A stretch of DNA of 64,000 bases from Methanobacteriota archaeon (GCA_014240285.1 JAAZXI010000004.1:1476-65475); one strand, 5' to 3'. Counted from the stretch's first letter, positions 39,173 to 49,311 are shown. The notes: a model not told the origin generated them from the sequence alone. Numbers and translations are program-made.

Positions 39173-41811
39173 ACAGACCTCCTGCGGCTCTCGGTCAGTG
39201 TGATTCCGATGGCCGCTGCACCGAGGATTAGCAGCAACGCGGCTATCGGCAGTGTGAGAAGTTTGGGCGAGCCGGTAGGATCAGTGTCGACTGATTCTGC
39301 GGCGGCCGTGGCATCGACGCTAACCATGTTCGCGCCGGCAACTATCCAAACCACCTCGTGGCCGTCGACCACCGTCGTCACAGCATAGTAGAGTACTGTG
39401 GCAACAGGGGCTGTCTCACTCCACGAAGTATCGCTGGTATCCCCTACGGGCTCCATGTCGAGCGGCACCGGATCACCCCAAGCGGGAATAGAGTCGAGTG
39501 CTGTCAGCCCGACCACAGTTGAAATCGGGCTGGTGGAACGGTAGATCTGATACTCAGATGATGCTCCGTTCCACGAGAGTCTCACGGTCGAGCCGTCGAG
39601 CGAAGCAGAGAGATCCGAGACCGAGGCGACCGAGCCCAGAATAATTTCGTTCTCCAGTGTATCCGAATCACCCATGTCATCTATCACCGTCAGTGCGACC
39701 GTATGCACTCCTCCAGGAAGCAGCACGTCGATTACCGGTCCAGACAAACTGACACCGTTGACAGTCCAGAACCAAGTCACCACCTCTCCGTCCGAATCGG
39801 TGGACGTGGTTCCGTCTAAGCTCATCATCGCACCCGGTACAAGCAACTCAGGCGATGTAGTCCACCAGGCCATAGGAGGGAGGTTGGCGATTGTTATCTC
39901 CTTGGAGGTGGATGTGGTGAGGCCCCACGGATCACTTGCGATGACGGTGACACTCCAAATCTGATTGGGCTCAAGCCTCGACGAAGGCACCACCGATTGG
40001 CCATCTAGGTCAGGCACGTGGAAGCCGTTTCTCGACCACTGGTAGTTGAACAGCACAATCTCCTCGTCGGGGTCCTCGGAGATGGCCTGCACCACAAGGT
40101 CGTGAACAGAGTCGGGCACACCGAGCTCGGACGAACCGAAGTCCCCTCCCAGTGTTATCTCGGGCACGCCTGGAGGGGCGTTCTGTATGGCGCGCGCGTT
40201 GGTCTTCATCGATGATCCTAGACCGTCGCCGTCGCCGGGGATGACCTGCACGGACCAATGCTGGTCCCTGATAGTCTCGGACGCGGGGACCGTTGTCATG
40301 TCATCGTAGTCGCGAATCCATTCACCGTCGACCCACCAGCGGATCTCACTGTTCGACTCGGAATCGCCGTCGATATCGCTCTGTTCCCAGATGACTGTCA
40401 GGTTCATCGTGGTGATTAAATCGTCCTCGGGCAGCATTGATATCGAGGTCACGATTGGAGGCGAGTTCTGTATCAATACCTCGTTCGTAGTCACCATTTC
40501 AGACCATACCAGTCCGTCGGAGACTCTGACCTCGGCTACCCATAACTCACCTTTTGAAGTGGCTTCGGGCGGGACCCAATTCAGGTCGTTGTAAGCAGAT
40601 ACCTGAGTCCCGTCTCTTAGCCATCTAATCTCGGTCGCATCCTTGGGGTCACCATCTGGATCATTGTATCCTATGATGACCTGTAGGGCATCGGTTGTGA
40701 TTGCATCGCCAGAGGGTGAGATGTAAGCGGTTGCCGATGGTTGCAGGTTAGATGAGCCGATGACGATGATTCCTGTCCACACAGTGTCGCCGTAGTCGTT
40801 CCCATCGTGTGGTCTCACCAAGGCCTGCCATTCGTCACCAGTCCTAGTCCATAGACTGGAAACGGTATTCGAGTCATCCAGCTCGACTATCCTCGCCCCG
40901 TCAAGATACCATTGAATGGCCGTGTTCTGCTGGGGGTTCCCATCGAGGTCGAAGTATTCGTAATCAAGAGAAAGGTCGTCGGAGTCCAGAGGTTCCGCCG
41001 GGTAGACATCTAGATTCCTAGCTACTGGCAGGGTGTTGCCGATAGTAACCGGGTCGAGCATGACGGGTTCACCATCCTCGTTGACATCAGAAGGTATCAC
41101 CTCGACCTGCCACTCCTGTCCCCTTGCAATCCAACTGTTTGGCACATCAGTCTGGTCGTCTATCTGTGAGACTCTGAGTCCGTTTCGAAACCACTTAATC
41201 TGCGTGCCCTGCTCAGAGTCGCCGTCGGCGTCGTGGTAGTCGTAAGAGACACCCAGCCCGGTGCTCTTGGTCGGACTGGTCGGGACGTAGGTGACGTTGG
41301 AGGCCACCGGAGGCGTATTGCTTGACCCGCTGTCCTCAGAAGATTGCCAAGATGTAGTTGCCCAGCCATCACCAGTATTCTGTCCATTTCCATTAGCTGC
41401 AAGAACTGCAAGAGAGAATGCAACTGCACCTGAACCAGAGGAAGGGGCATCCCAATCCAAGGACCAGGAACGGTAGTCAGGGAATTGGTGGGTTGCCTCA
41501 TTACCTCCTGAGTTAATCTGAGTATTCATTATTCCAAGACCGGATGATAGGGTACCATCAGACACATGCAGATTGAAACCTCCTTTTGAGCCAGAAACGC
41601 CACCTGACATCCCTATTGATAGTGAATAGGTTTGACCAGGAATGTAGTTTGCTGGGAAGTTATGAGTTGGAGTGGGTTGGATTACGTCGTTGTGACACGT
41701 ACATCCTGTGGTGTGTTTTCCATAGATTCCATCTTCCTCTGCAAAGGCAACTTGCGATGAAGAAAGAATAAACATTAGCAAGATTGCGACGGCGATGCGA
41801 CGGCGAACCAC
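39169..41811 (-). CDS. surface protein: CTCH Reeler/choice-of-anchor-V-like domain, five Ig-like repeats, PKD domain, C-terminal TM
   Basis: Signal peptide; GCTCH..YIPGQTYSL..GGFNL..W.AP..LAANGNG..GD; five 'D.DGD....I.W..DG' repeats; PKD; TM followed by RRR. Confidence 0.8.
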   Translation of the reverse strand: MVRRRIAVAILLMFILSSSQVAFAEEDGIYGKHTTGCTCHNDVIQPTPTHNFPANYIPGQTYSLSIGMSGGVSGSKGGFNLHVSDGTLSSGLGIMNTQINSGGNEATHQFPDYRSWSLDWDAPSSGSGAVAFSLAVLAANGNGQNTGDGWATTSWQSSEDSGSSNTPPVASNVTYVPTSPTKSTGLGVSYDYHDADGDSEQGTQIKWFRNGLRVSQIDDQTDVPNSWIARGQEWQVEVIPSDVNEDGEPVMLDPVTIGNTLPVARNLDVYPAEPLDSDDLSLDYEYFDLDGNPQQNTAIQWYLDGARIVELDDSNTVSSLWTRTGDEWQALVRPHDGNDYGDTVWTGIIVIGSSNLQPSATAYISPSGDAITTDALQVIIGYNDPDGDPKDATEIRWLRDGTQVSAYNDLNWVPPEATSKGELWVAEVRVSDGLVWSEMVTTNEVLIQNSPPIVTSISMLPEDDLITTMNLTVIWEQSDIDGDSESNSEIRWWVDGEWIRDYDDMTTVPASETIRDQHWSVQVIPGDGDGLGSSMKTNARAIQNAPPGVPEITLGGDFGSSELGVPDSVHDLVVQAISEDPDEEIVLFNYQWSRNGFHVPDLDGQSVVPSSRLEPNQIWSVTVIASDPWGLTTSTSKEITIANLPPMAWWTTSPELLVPGAMMSLDGTTSTDSDGEVVTWFWTVNGVSLSGPVIDVLLPGGVHTVALTVIDDMGDSDTLENEIILGSVASVSDLSASLDGSTVRLSWNGASSEYQIYRSTSPISTVVGLTALDSIPAWGDPVPLDMEPVGDTSDTSWSETAPVATVLYYAVTTVVDGHEVVWIVAGANMVSVDATAAAESVDTDPTGSPKLLTLPIAALLLILGAAAIGITLTESRRRSV

Positions 41812-41905
41812 AGAACTGGACGTAGCATTAAGACTGAATAACTTGCTGTGAAGTTGAGATTATCTCATCCGCTGCATTGATGGATGAAAGACAGGTGGCC
41901 CGAGC

Positions 41906-43966
41906 ATGCGCACCGTAGAGAGTATAGCGATAATCGGTGCGGGAAACATGGGCTCCGGAATCGCCCAGAAGAGCGCTCAGGAGCACTTCGAGGTCCAGAT
42001 GGTCGACCGCGAGAAACAGTGGGTCGACAGAGGTCAGCAAGTCATCTCAGACTTCCTCGACGAGGCAGTGGAGAGAAGGATCTTCTCACCTGCCCAGATC
42101 GAGGGCATCAAGAGTCGTATCACAGGTGTGGTCGGGACCGAGAACGTCGCAGTTGACACCGACCTAGTCATCGAAGCGGTGTTCGAGGACTTCGGCATCA
42201 AGACCGAGGTGTTCGGCATCCTAGACGAAGTCTGCGACGAGCACACCATCCTAGCCAGCAACACCTCGTCACTCTCCGTCAACGACTTGGCCGGAGCCGT
42301 AGGCAGACCGGATCGCTTTGTCGGACTGCACTTCTTCTACCACCCGGCCAAGAACAGACTGATTGAGGTCATCCCCGCCAAGACCACTTCTCCAGAGGCT
42401 CTGGCAGCAGTGGAGCAATACTGCAAGACCATGGGCAAGGTCGTCATCATATGCAAGGACAGGCCTGGCTTCGTCGTCAACCGCTTCTTCGTACCCTGGC
42501 TGAACGAGGCCTGCAGACTGCTCGAGGAGGGCGTTGGCTCGACCGCCCAGATTGATGCAGTAGCTCGTGATGCATTTCGAATTGGCCTCGGGCCATTCGC
42601 ACTAATGAACCTGACAGGATCTCCGATTGCACTGCACTCTACCGACTACCTAGCTGCGCAACTAGACACGCCGCGCTTCTTGGCTACTCAGACCCTGCGC
42701 GACCTCGTCGCAGAAGGCAGAACATGGGAGATTGGAGAGGACGGAGGGTGCAGCGAAGAGGCTGCTACGATCATCCGCGAGCGTCTACTCGGACAGGTCT
42801 TCGCCGTCTCATCTCAGATTGTGGCCGAAGGCATCTGTTCGATGGAGGATGTTGACCGAGGCGCCAAGGTCGGTCTGCGCTGGGCGCGAGGGCCGTTCGA
42901 GCTAGCCAACCGCATAGGTATAGGCGAGGCTGTGCGTATGGCATCTGCCTACGCCGAAGAGGCGGAGTTGGAACTGCCAGGCTGGTTTGCTAGCAGGAAG
43001 AAGTCGTTCGTGTTCTCGTACATCGATGTAGTAGTCGACGACGGTATCGCCACGGTGCGCATCAACAGACCCGAGGCGATGAATGCGCTGAACGTCACCG
43101 TGGTGTCGCAGCTTGGGGAAGCGTTGGATGAGCTGAACGGCCGCGACGATGTCACCACAATCGCATTGGAAGGGGCGGGCAAGGCCTTCGTCGCCGGCGC
43201 GGACGTGAAATTCTTCGTCGACAAGATTCGTGCCGACGCGATTCAGGACATCTACGACTTCACCGCACACGGGCACGCGGTTCTGGACAAGTTGGAGAGC
43301 AGCTCGAAAACTACGATCGCCTTGACCACCGGGCTGGCGCTCGGCGGCGGGCTCGAACTGGCTCTGGCATGCGACTACAGGGTAGGCACCCGCCGCACGC
43401 AGTTCAGGTTCCCCGAGACCGGTATCGGAATCTACCCCGGGCTCGGGGGCACTCAACGAACCCCGCGTATCTGCGGTCTCGAGTGCGCTCGCTACGCAGT
43501 GCTCACGGGTAACTTCCTCGATGCGTCGTCTGCCGAGGCACTCGGCCTGCTGACTCATCTGGTGGAGCCCTCGCAGGTCGAAGCCACCGTAGCTTCGATA
43601 GCATCTGCAGGCAAGCCCGAGGACAAGTACCCCGGACGCCCGGCTGATTTGGAGAACACTACGGTCGCCTTCGCGACCTCGTTCTACTCGGACGGCAACA
43701 TGTCCTCGCTGATGTCCGGGGATATCCCGGATGGTTTCGACATCTCGGACAAGGTGGCCTCTAGGCAGCTCAAGTTGCTATCCCGGGTCGCGCCAATCGC
43801 ACTCTCGATGACTAACGATTTGCTCAACGCTGCTGCCGACTCAGATCTCAAAACTGGCCTAGAGGGCGAGCTCGGGGGGCTGGAGGAGATTTTCACGACT
43901 GCGGACGCGTTCGAGGGCCTGAGCGCCTTAATCGAGGGGCGTAGACCCTCATATACCAATGCGTGA
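41906..43966 (+). CDS. 3-hydroxyacyl-CoA dehydrogenase / enoyl-CoA hydratase fusion (archaeal domain order)
   Basis: IGAGNMGSGIA, IEAVFE, SNTSSL, GLHFF.P, PGFVVNR; C-terminal crotonase AFVAGAD, ALGGGLELALACD, FPE.GI.PG.GG. Confidence 0.93.
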   Translation: MRTVESIAIIGAGNMGSGIAQKSAQEHFEVQMVDREKQWVDRGQQVISDFLDEAVERRIFSPAQIEGIKSRITGVVGTENVAVDTDLVIEAVFEDFGIKTEVFGILDEVCDEHTILASNTSSLSVNDLAGAVGRPDRFVGLHFFYHPAKNRLIEVIPAKTTSPEALAAVEQYCKTMGKVVIICKDRPGFVVNRFFVPWLNEACRLLEEGVGSTAQIDAVARDAFRIGLGPFALMNLTGSPIALHSTDYLAAQLDTPRFLATQTLRDLVAEGRTWEIGEDGGCSEEAATIIRERLLGQVFAVSSQIVAEGICSMEDVDRGAKVGLRWARGPFELANRIGIGEAVRMASAYAEEAELELPGWFASRKKSFVFSYIDVVVDDGIATVRINRPEAMNALNVTVVSQLGEALDELNGRDDVTTIALEGAGKAFVAGADVKFFVDKIRADAIQDIYDFTAHGHAVLDKLESSSKTTIALTTGLALGGGLELALACDYRVGTRRTQFRFPETGIGIYPGLGGTQRTPRICGLECARYAVLTGNFLDASSAEALGLLTHLVEPSQVEATVASIASAGKPEDKYPGRPADLENTTVAFATSFYSDGNMSSLMSGDIPDGFDISDKVASRQLKLLSRVAPIALSMTNDLLNAAADSDLKTGLEGELGGLEEIFTTADAFEGLSALIEGRRPSYTNA

Positions 43967-43975
43967 GAAATCTGA

Positions 43976-44131
43976 CTACAGCTGGTTCTTCGGTGACTGG
44001 TTCCAAGCAGGTGCCCGGTAGTTCGCAATCTGAGCGTAAAGCATTGCCCTCAGACTGAATCTCGGCACCTCAACCATTGCATTGCCATCGCCTATCGTCT
44101 CATCCAACCAATTCTCCAATAATCTATCCAT
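43976..44131 (-). CDS. small hypothetical protein, 51 aa (not in the ORF track)
   Basis: AGGAGG SD 7 nt before the ATG. Reads MDRLLENWLDETIGDGNAMVEVPRFSLRAMLYAQIANYRAPAWNQSPKNQL* and fills the intergenic gap without overlap. Confidence 0.62.
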   Translation of the reverse strand: MDRLLENWLDETIGDGNAMVEVPRFSLRAMLYAQIANYRAPAWNQSPKNQL

Positions 44132-44150
44132 GTGGTTTCCTCCTGCTACT

Positions 44151-44237
44151 TAGTGCAGTTTACGCACTAGTCATCCAATTCCCGTATATCAACCGAGAAG
44201 TATTCACGATTACACCGAGGTGCATTTTATACACTAG
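44151..44237. promoter_or_regulatory. two related palindromic operator-like sites
   Basis: TAGTGCAGTTTACGCACTAG (44151-44170) and AGGTGCATTTTATACACTAG (44218-44237) share GTGCA.TTTA..CACTAG and lie between divergent genes. Confidence 0.6.
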
Positions 44238-44262
44238 ATGGTTTCTGCACAACCTGTTACCA

Positions 44263-44718
44263 ATGTCACGTGGTCCCTTGCGAATCTCCTCCTCAGACTT
44301 CAAGAAGATTCGCGAGGCGATCTCCGAAGTGGAGGATAGCGGCGCGATGATTCGCAGGACGTTCGGGAAATACAACGACGATGACTTCAATGTTGGATGG
44401 GAGGTCGATGCAGCCGTAGACGCGTTCTCGATCTTCAGTTCGAAGTGGACCATCGAAATCCTAGCGACTCTGTACATCGCCGGCGACCGTCGCTTCAACG
44501 AGATGAGGAAACTTCTACACGGCATCAGCAGCAGGACCCTTTCGGACAAGTTGACCACCTGTGTTCAGAACGGACTTGTTGACAGAGTAGTCAAGGACGG
44601 ACCGCCAATCCGAGTCATCTACCGCCTCACCGAGCATGGTCGAGAGGCTGGTAGGCAGCTAAGTCCTCTGGTGGCTTACATGAAGCTGCATAATGGCTGG
44701 GTCGTCGGACCCAAGTGA
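44263..44718 (+). CDS. HxlR-family winged-helix transcriptional regulator
   Basis: SKWTIEIL, RRFNEM..L.GIS.RTLS..L, GLV.R..PIRVIYRLTEHG; start MSRGPL. Confidence 0.9.
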   Translation: MSRGPLRISSSDFKKIREAISEVEDSGAMIRRTFGKYNDDDFNVGWEVDAAVDAFSIFSSKWTIEILATLYIAGDRRFNEMRKLLHGISSRTLSDKLTTCVQNGLVDRVVKDGPPIRVIYRLTEHGREAGRQLSPLVAYMKLHNGWVVGPK

Positions 44719-44770
44719 GTGTGCATATCGAGCATGCCCTACACAACCAACCGTATGCTTCAAAGGTCGT

Positions 44771-45442
44771 ATGTCAACGAAAGGTGTCATGGCACTGATT
44801 GAACAGTGGCGCAGTACGCGCCCTTGGTTCGTTGACGGGCTTGCTGCCATAGCCGGAGGGACACTGGGCCTCGCCGGCCTTCTACCGTTAATCGCCCCTG
44901 CTGCTCAGGGCACTCTAGCAGCACCCAAAGACCACTCTTGGGAGCATCCACTGAGGAAGCGCATTCTCAACACTCTCGAGCGCTCTCCTGGAATTCACTT
45001 CCGCGAGTTGCAGCGTCAACTGGACGCTGCCAACGGCACCCTTCGTCACCACCTCAGCGTGCTGGAAAACGAGCGTTCGGTGACCACGATGCCGGTCAAT
45101 GGGCGCACCTGCTACTACGCAGGAGCCCCCTCACATGTCGAGATCCTCGCCGGCACCGGAGTGACTGATCAGAGTCGCGCGGCGGAGATGCTTCCAGTCG
45201 GGCTGTCTATCGTGCAGCGCAAGGTAGTCGCTAGGCTGTCAAAGACTCCTGAGCCAGTCTCGCAAGCTCAGTTGGCACGCGACCTCGGTCGCTCTCGAGC
45301 CTCGGTTCACTCAGCGATAGGGGTACTGCGGCAGCGAGGCATACTGTGCCCAGCCAGACTGGCTCTGGCTCCACATATGTCAGGGTTGCAGACCTCCGAT
45401 GTCGACTACCCGTGGTTGGACGTTCGTGTCGAATTCGCCTGA
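44771..45442 (+). CDS. double winged-HTH regulator with an N-terminal hydrophobic segment
   Basis: HPLRKRIL..L..PGIHFRELQR.L..A.GTLRHHL..LE and a second HTH SQAQLARDLGRSRASV. Confidence 0.8.
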   Translation: MSTKGVMALIEQWRSTRPWFVDGLAAIAGGTLGLAGLLPLIAPAAQGTLAAPKDHSWEHPLRKRILNTLERSPGIHFRELQRQLDAANGTLRHHLSVLENERSVTTMPVNGRTCYYAGAPSHVEILAGTGVTDQSRAAEMLPVGLSIVQRKVVARLSKTPEPVSQAQLARDLGRSRASVHSAIGVLRQRGILCPARLALAPHMSGLQTSDVDYPWLDVRVEFA

Positions 45443-45498
45443 GTTTGTACTGTAGACTGGCCAAGCCTCTTGAGCCTCGGAATGCGCGCGGAGCGCGC

Positions 45499-46581
45499 AT
45501 GTTTAGAGTCAGGCTGTCCGAATCGCCGATGCCGACGGGCAGCAAGGACCCTGATGTCCTACTGGCCTGGCTGCTCGATTCGATGGGATTGGTCAGACGC
45601 AAGACGGAGGGAGGGAGTGTCGAGGACGAGCAGGGTGCATTGCACAGGCTGTTGCGCGAGACGGTGCTGGTCGATCCCCTTGGAGGCTGGAACGCCAAGG
45701 CGCTGGGAGACTCCAGCGGCCTGTCTCAAACCGGCGTCCACCACCAGCTCGTCAAACTGAGGGAGTCCGGACTGCTGGCCGCCGACACCGAGGGACGCTG
45801 GCACATCCACGTTCTCAGGGGAGGTTCAGTCAGCGCGGCTATCGAATTGGTTTCGGTGCAGGCCCGAGCGATTCTGGACCTGCGTCTGTCCGAGCTCGCC
45901 GAAATCATCTCCGAGTCGGATGACAGGATGGCTGCCTCGAGCGAGGACGATGAGATGGTCTTTCGAATCGAAGTTGCAGAGCCGGGGGTCGTTGCGGAAG
46001 GCGACGATTGGGTCGATGCGCTGGTACGTGACCTCGGACTGAGCGGCGAGCGAGCCAAGCCGGGTGACAGGCTGTCGCGCAACCTACTCGAAGAGCTGTC
46101 ATCAAGCGGCAGAGCGGTCACGCTGCTCGCTCTGGCTGAAAAATGCGGGGACTCCCGCGCCCGCGTCCAGAGATCGATTGAACGCATGCGGGTCGCGGGG
46201 ATTGTCGAGCGTGTGCCGATGCTGGACCGTATAGCCCAGGACGTGTACGGCGGCCTGATGCGACAGCACGACGCGCGAGGCGAAGAGTGGTTGATGACGA
46301 GAGGAGGAGTGGGCAGACTGGATGATTCCGTCTCAAAGGCCCTAATCTCGGGTGTCAGGAAGAAGTCGTTGAACATCGAGAAGGTGCAGAAGATACTGGG
46401 TCCGGTCTCACTGGACTCCCAGAAAGTCCTGCTCAACACCCTCGGAGGCAGGATGCCCTACGGAGTCAGAATCGCGGGCAGAGACGGGGCTGCAGTGAAG
46501 GAGAGGGTGATGCGCCGGACTGACAGGGCGCTGCGTCGGATGAAGACGGTGGCCCAACGACTCGACGATGCCTTAGCGTAG
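45499..46581 (+). CDS. tandem winged-HTH protein
   Basis: Two wHTH-like units (LGDSSGLSQTGVHHQLVKLRESGLL; LAEKCGDSRARVQRSIERMRVAGIVER). Confidence 0.72.
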   Translation: MFRVRLSESPMPTGSKDPDVLLAWLLDSMGLVRRKTEGGSVEDEQGALHRLLRETVLVDPLGGWNAKALGDSSGLSQTGVHHQLVKLRESGLLAADTEGRWHIHVLRGGSVSAAIELVSVQARAILDLRLSELAEIISESDDRMAASSEDDEMVFRIEVAEPGVVAEGDDWVDALVRDLGLSGERAKPGDRLSRNLLEELSSSGRAVTLLALAEKCGDSRARVQRSIERMRVAGIVERVPMLDRIAQDVYGGLMRQHDARGEEWLMTRGGVGRLDDSVSKALISGVRKKSLNIEKVQKILGPVSLDSQKVLLNTLGGRMPYGVRIAGRDGAAVKERVMRRTDRALRRMKTVAQRLDDALA

Positions 46582-46944
46582 TCAGACTGCGTGCTGTTCC
46601 AAGGTCTCTAGAGAGACTATCTGAAGCGTCTCCTCGTGTGTCGCCTCCACCACGATGGGGCATGCTACCCCTGCTTCGGTTGCATCCTGCCACGTCTGGG
46701 CGCATACGCACCACCTGTCTCCAGCCTTCAGTCCGGGAAAATTGAATTCTGGCGCGGGAGTGATGAGATCGTTTCCCTGTTGCCGAGCGAACTCGAGAAA
46801 TTCATCTGTGACCAAGCAACATACTGTGTGCAATCCCCTGTCACTGCGATCGGTGTTGCAGCAGCCGTCCCTGAACCAACCAGTGGGGGGTTCGGTTGAG
46901 CAGGGTTGGAGTTTCTCTCCAAGCACATTGAATGAGGGAAACAC
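46582..46944 (-). CDS. DUF2237 family protein
   Basis: NVLGE.L.PCS..P.TGWFRDGCC, H.VC, GNDLITP, FPGLK.GDRWCVCA. Confidence 0.92.
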   Translation of the reverse strand: MFPSFNVLGEKLQPCSTEPPTGWFRDGCCNTDRSDRGLHTVCCLVTDEFLEFARQQGNDLITPAPEFNFPGLKAGDRWCVCAQTWQDATEAGVACPIVVEATHEETLQIVSLETLEQHAV

Positions 46945-46981
46945 GATTTCCGCATCGGGCAGGTTCTGATTAACTCGCCTA

Positions 46982-48022
46982 TCAGGCAGTCACTGTATGG
47001 GGCTCGGCTAGAGCCTCCAGATATTCAGTAACCCTGCTTCCGAGTTTGGTCTGGTCTTGTATGGAATGGAGATCCACCCTCATGGCTGAGGCGCCGGGCA
47101 GCCCCTTGGTGAAAGATACCGCATGTCGCTTGAGGTTCTTGTTCATCTGGACAGGATACAGCTCTTCACTCAGTTCAAGATACCGTTCCCAGCACCACAG
47201 TCGGGCGACTGCGGGGTCGTTGGAGTCCCAGGGAGGTTCCTGATTGTGCCAACCCATATCGCGCTTGATCTCATGGAACGCTGTTGGCCTTCCAATGGCT
47301 CCACGTCCAATCATTAGGCCAGCTGCGCCGGTGGCCTCGAGGCATGCTGCAGCGGTGGCCGCGTCAACCACGTCGCCGTTGGCGATGACTGGTATGTCGA
47401 CAGCCTCTACGATATTGCGAATCTGCTGCCAGTCGGCCTCGCCGGAGTACCTTTGGCGCAGCGTGCGGCCATGTACGCAGATTCGCTCGATGCCCTCAGC
47501 CTCGAGCCTCTGCGCGACCTCGAGCGCCGTGTTGGGCCCGCCGCCAGTACCGAGCCTCACCTTGACAGTGATCGGCACCTCGGCGACATCGAGGCAGGCT
47601 CGTACCATTTCGACGACCCTATCGGGGTCCCTGAGTAGCGCTGCTCCGGCGTCATTGCGGCAGACCTTGGGGGCCGGGCAGCCGAAGTTGATGTCGATGA
47701 TGTCGGCCCTATCCTGCAGCAGTTCGACGGTCTCAACCATCTCTGAAGTAATTCCTCCAAAGATTTGCGGGATGAACGGCTTCTCGCGAGGATCGCTCTC
47801 AACCTTGAGCCACGAGTGCGTGTTGTGTCTAGTCAGACCTGAAGCTGCGGTGAACTCGGTGACGGTAACATCTGCGCCGCACTCGCGCGCGAGGAGCCTG
47901 TAGGCGACATCCGTGACGCCTGCCATAGGGGCGAGGAATAGCGGCACGGACTCATTAGGCACGAACGGCGGTTCGGTAGCCCCTCTATGAGGCCGTCGAG
48001 GTCTCAGAAGGTGGATTCCCAA
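46982..48022 (-). CDS. dusB: tRNA-dihydrouridine synthase (DusB-like)
   Basis: [54 protein letters not shown]. Confidence 0.9.
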   Translation of the reverse strand: MGIHLLRPRRPHRGATEPPFVPNESVPLFLAPMAGVTDVAYRLLARECGADVTVTEFTAASGLTRHNTHSWLKVESDPREKPFIPQIFGGITSEMVETVELLQDRADIIDINFGCPAPKVCRNDAGAALLRDPDRVVEMVRACLDVAEVPITVKVRLGTGGGPNTALEVAQRLEAEGIERICVHGRTLRQRYSGEADWQQIRNIVEAVDIPVIANGDVVDAATAAACLEATGAAGLMIGRGAIGRPTAFHEIKRDMGWHNQEPPWDSNDPAVARLWCWERYLELSEELYPVQMNKNLKRHAVSFTKGLPGASAMRVDLHSIQDQTKLGSRVTEYLEALAEPHTVTA

Positions 48023-48618
48023 TCATCGACGCTCTGGGAGCGTTCCCAGTCGGCGTCAGATATGGAACTCCTAATCTTGAGAATCTCTCGGGCCAGCAAC
48101 CAGTAGACGAGAGCGAGCGAGCGACGTCCCTTGTTGTTGGCTGGAAGAACCAGATCGACGTTGCGCAGCATGTTGTTGGCATCACAAATGCCAACCACCG
48201 GTAGGCCCGAGTTCACTGCCTCCGACAAGGCCTGGGAGTCTGCAGCCGGATCGGTGACTAGAATCACCTCGGGCTCTATGTAGGTCCGTAGACGTGAATT
48301 GGTCAGTGTACCTGGGATGAAGCGCCCGACGATGCGCTTCGCGCCGATGTTGTCGGCGAATTTGCGAGCTGGGCGCTGGCCATACTGCCGGGCGCTCACA
48401 ACAAGGATTCTCTCAGGGTCGTAGCGAGACAGGAACTTAGCCGCTACGCGTATGCGCGAATCGGTCTCGTGGACGTCTATCAGATGCAGCCCAGCAGAGT
48501 CCTGACGCATGGTGTCGAGGAACTTCTTCATGTCCGCAGATTTCTGGTTGGTTCCAATGTGCACTGCGTGCTGCTCGTACACATCATGCGGCACGAGAAG
48601 GGCTAGACTCTCATCCAA
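48004..48618 (-). CDS. rps2: 30S ribosomal protein S2 (archaeal uS2)
   Basis: [54 protein letters not shown] start. Confidence 0.96.
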   Translation of the reverse strand: MDESLALLVPHDVYEQHAVHIGTNQKSADMKKFLDTMRQDSAGLHLIDVHETDSRIRVAAKFLSRYDPERILVVSARQYGQRPARKFADNIGAKRIVGRFIPGTLTNSRLRTYIEPEVILVTDPAADSQALSEAVNSGLPVVGICDANNMLRNVDLVLPANNKGRRSLALVYWLLAREILKIRSSISDADWERSQSVDDWESTF

Positions 48619-48690
48619 GTTGAATCCTCAGCGTCGCGGCGACCTGCCCTCGACTCATAAGCGCTACGCAACACCCCATATGGGCAGGAG

Positions 48691-49311
48691 CTAGTCCAGT
48701 TCGGTCAAATAGGTGCATTCGCCGCTCTCGTGCACCTCGTGGAAGCGCACGCACGGGCGGGTGATGGTCAGATAGACGTCAAAGTGGTCATGGAACGAGA
48801 GTTGCTCGATACCGGGATCAACTCCGTAGCCACGGGCCTCGACCTCAAAGGTCCATTTACCCACTTCGAAGGTGCCATTGCCGAGGGTGAATCTGGTCTG
48901 TGGGTAGTCACTGCTAGTCTCAATCTCCCAAAATGGATCGCCGCCGGCCTCCTTCACACCAGGCTGCCACAGACGCACCTCAACGTAACGCAACTCGTTC
49001 GTCTGGTTGTCAAGAATCTCCTCAAGTTGGGAGGACCAAGGAAACTGCGCACGGAAGTTGATGACAAGCATACTGACGCTCTCGTCGAACTGAATCAATT
49101 CCTCTCTCTCAAACGGCTCAGCGGCCTCCAACCCAACGGTAGATTCGAAGGTGTGTTCCCAACCGAAGGTCTCCTCCTTATCGATCACCAGCGGCGGCTC
49201 CCTCCATTTCTCCATGACCTCCCTCTGGGCGGCTAGACCGAGGCATCCACTGGTCAGCATCGATGCGAGCAGGATGGCGAGGATAGAAACCGCTGTGCTG
49301 CTGCTCTTCAT
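48691..49311 (-). CDS. hypothetical lipoprotein
   Basis: Signal peptide ending in TSGC. Confidence 0.7.
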   Translation of the reverse strand: MKSSSTAVSILAILLASMLTSGCLGLAAQREVMEKWREPPLVIDKEETFGWEHTFESTVGLEAAEPFEREELIQFDESVSMLVINFRAQFPWSSQLEEILDNQTNELRYVEVRLWQPGVKEAGGDPFWEIETSSDYPQTRFTLGNGTFEVGKWTFEVEARGYGVDPGIEQLSFHDHFDVYLTITRPCVRFHEVHESGECTYLTELD

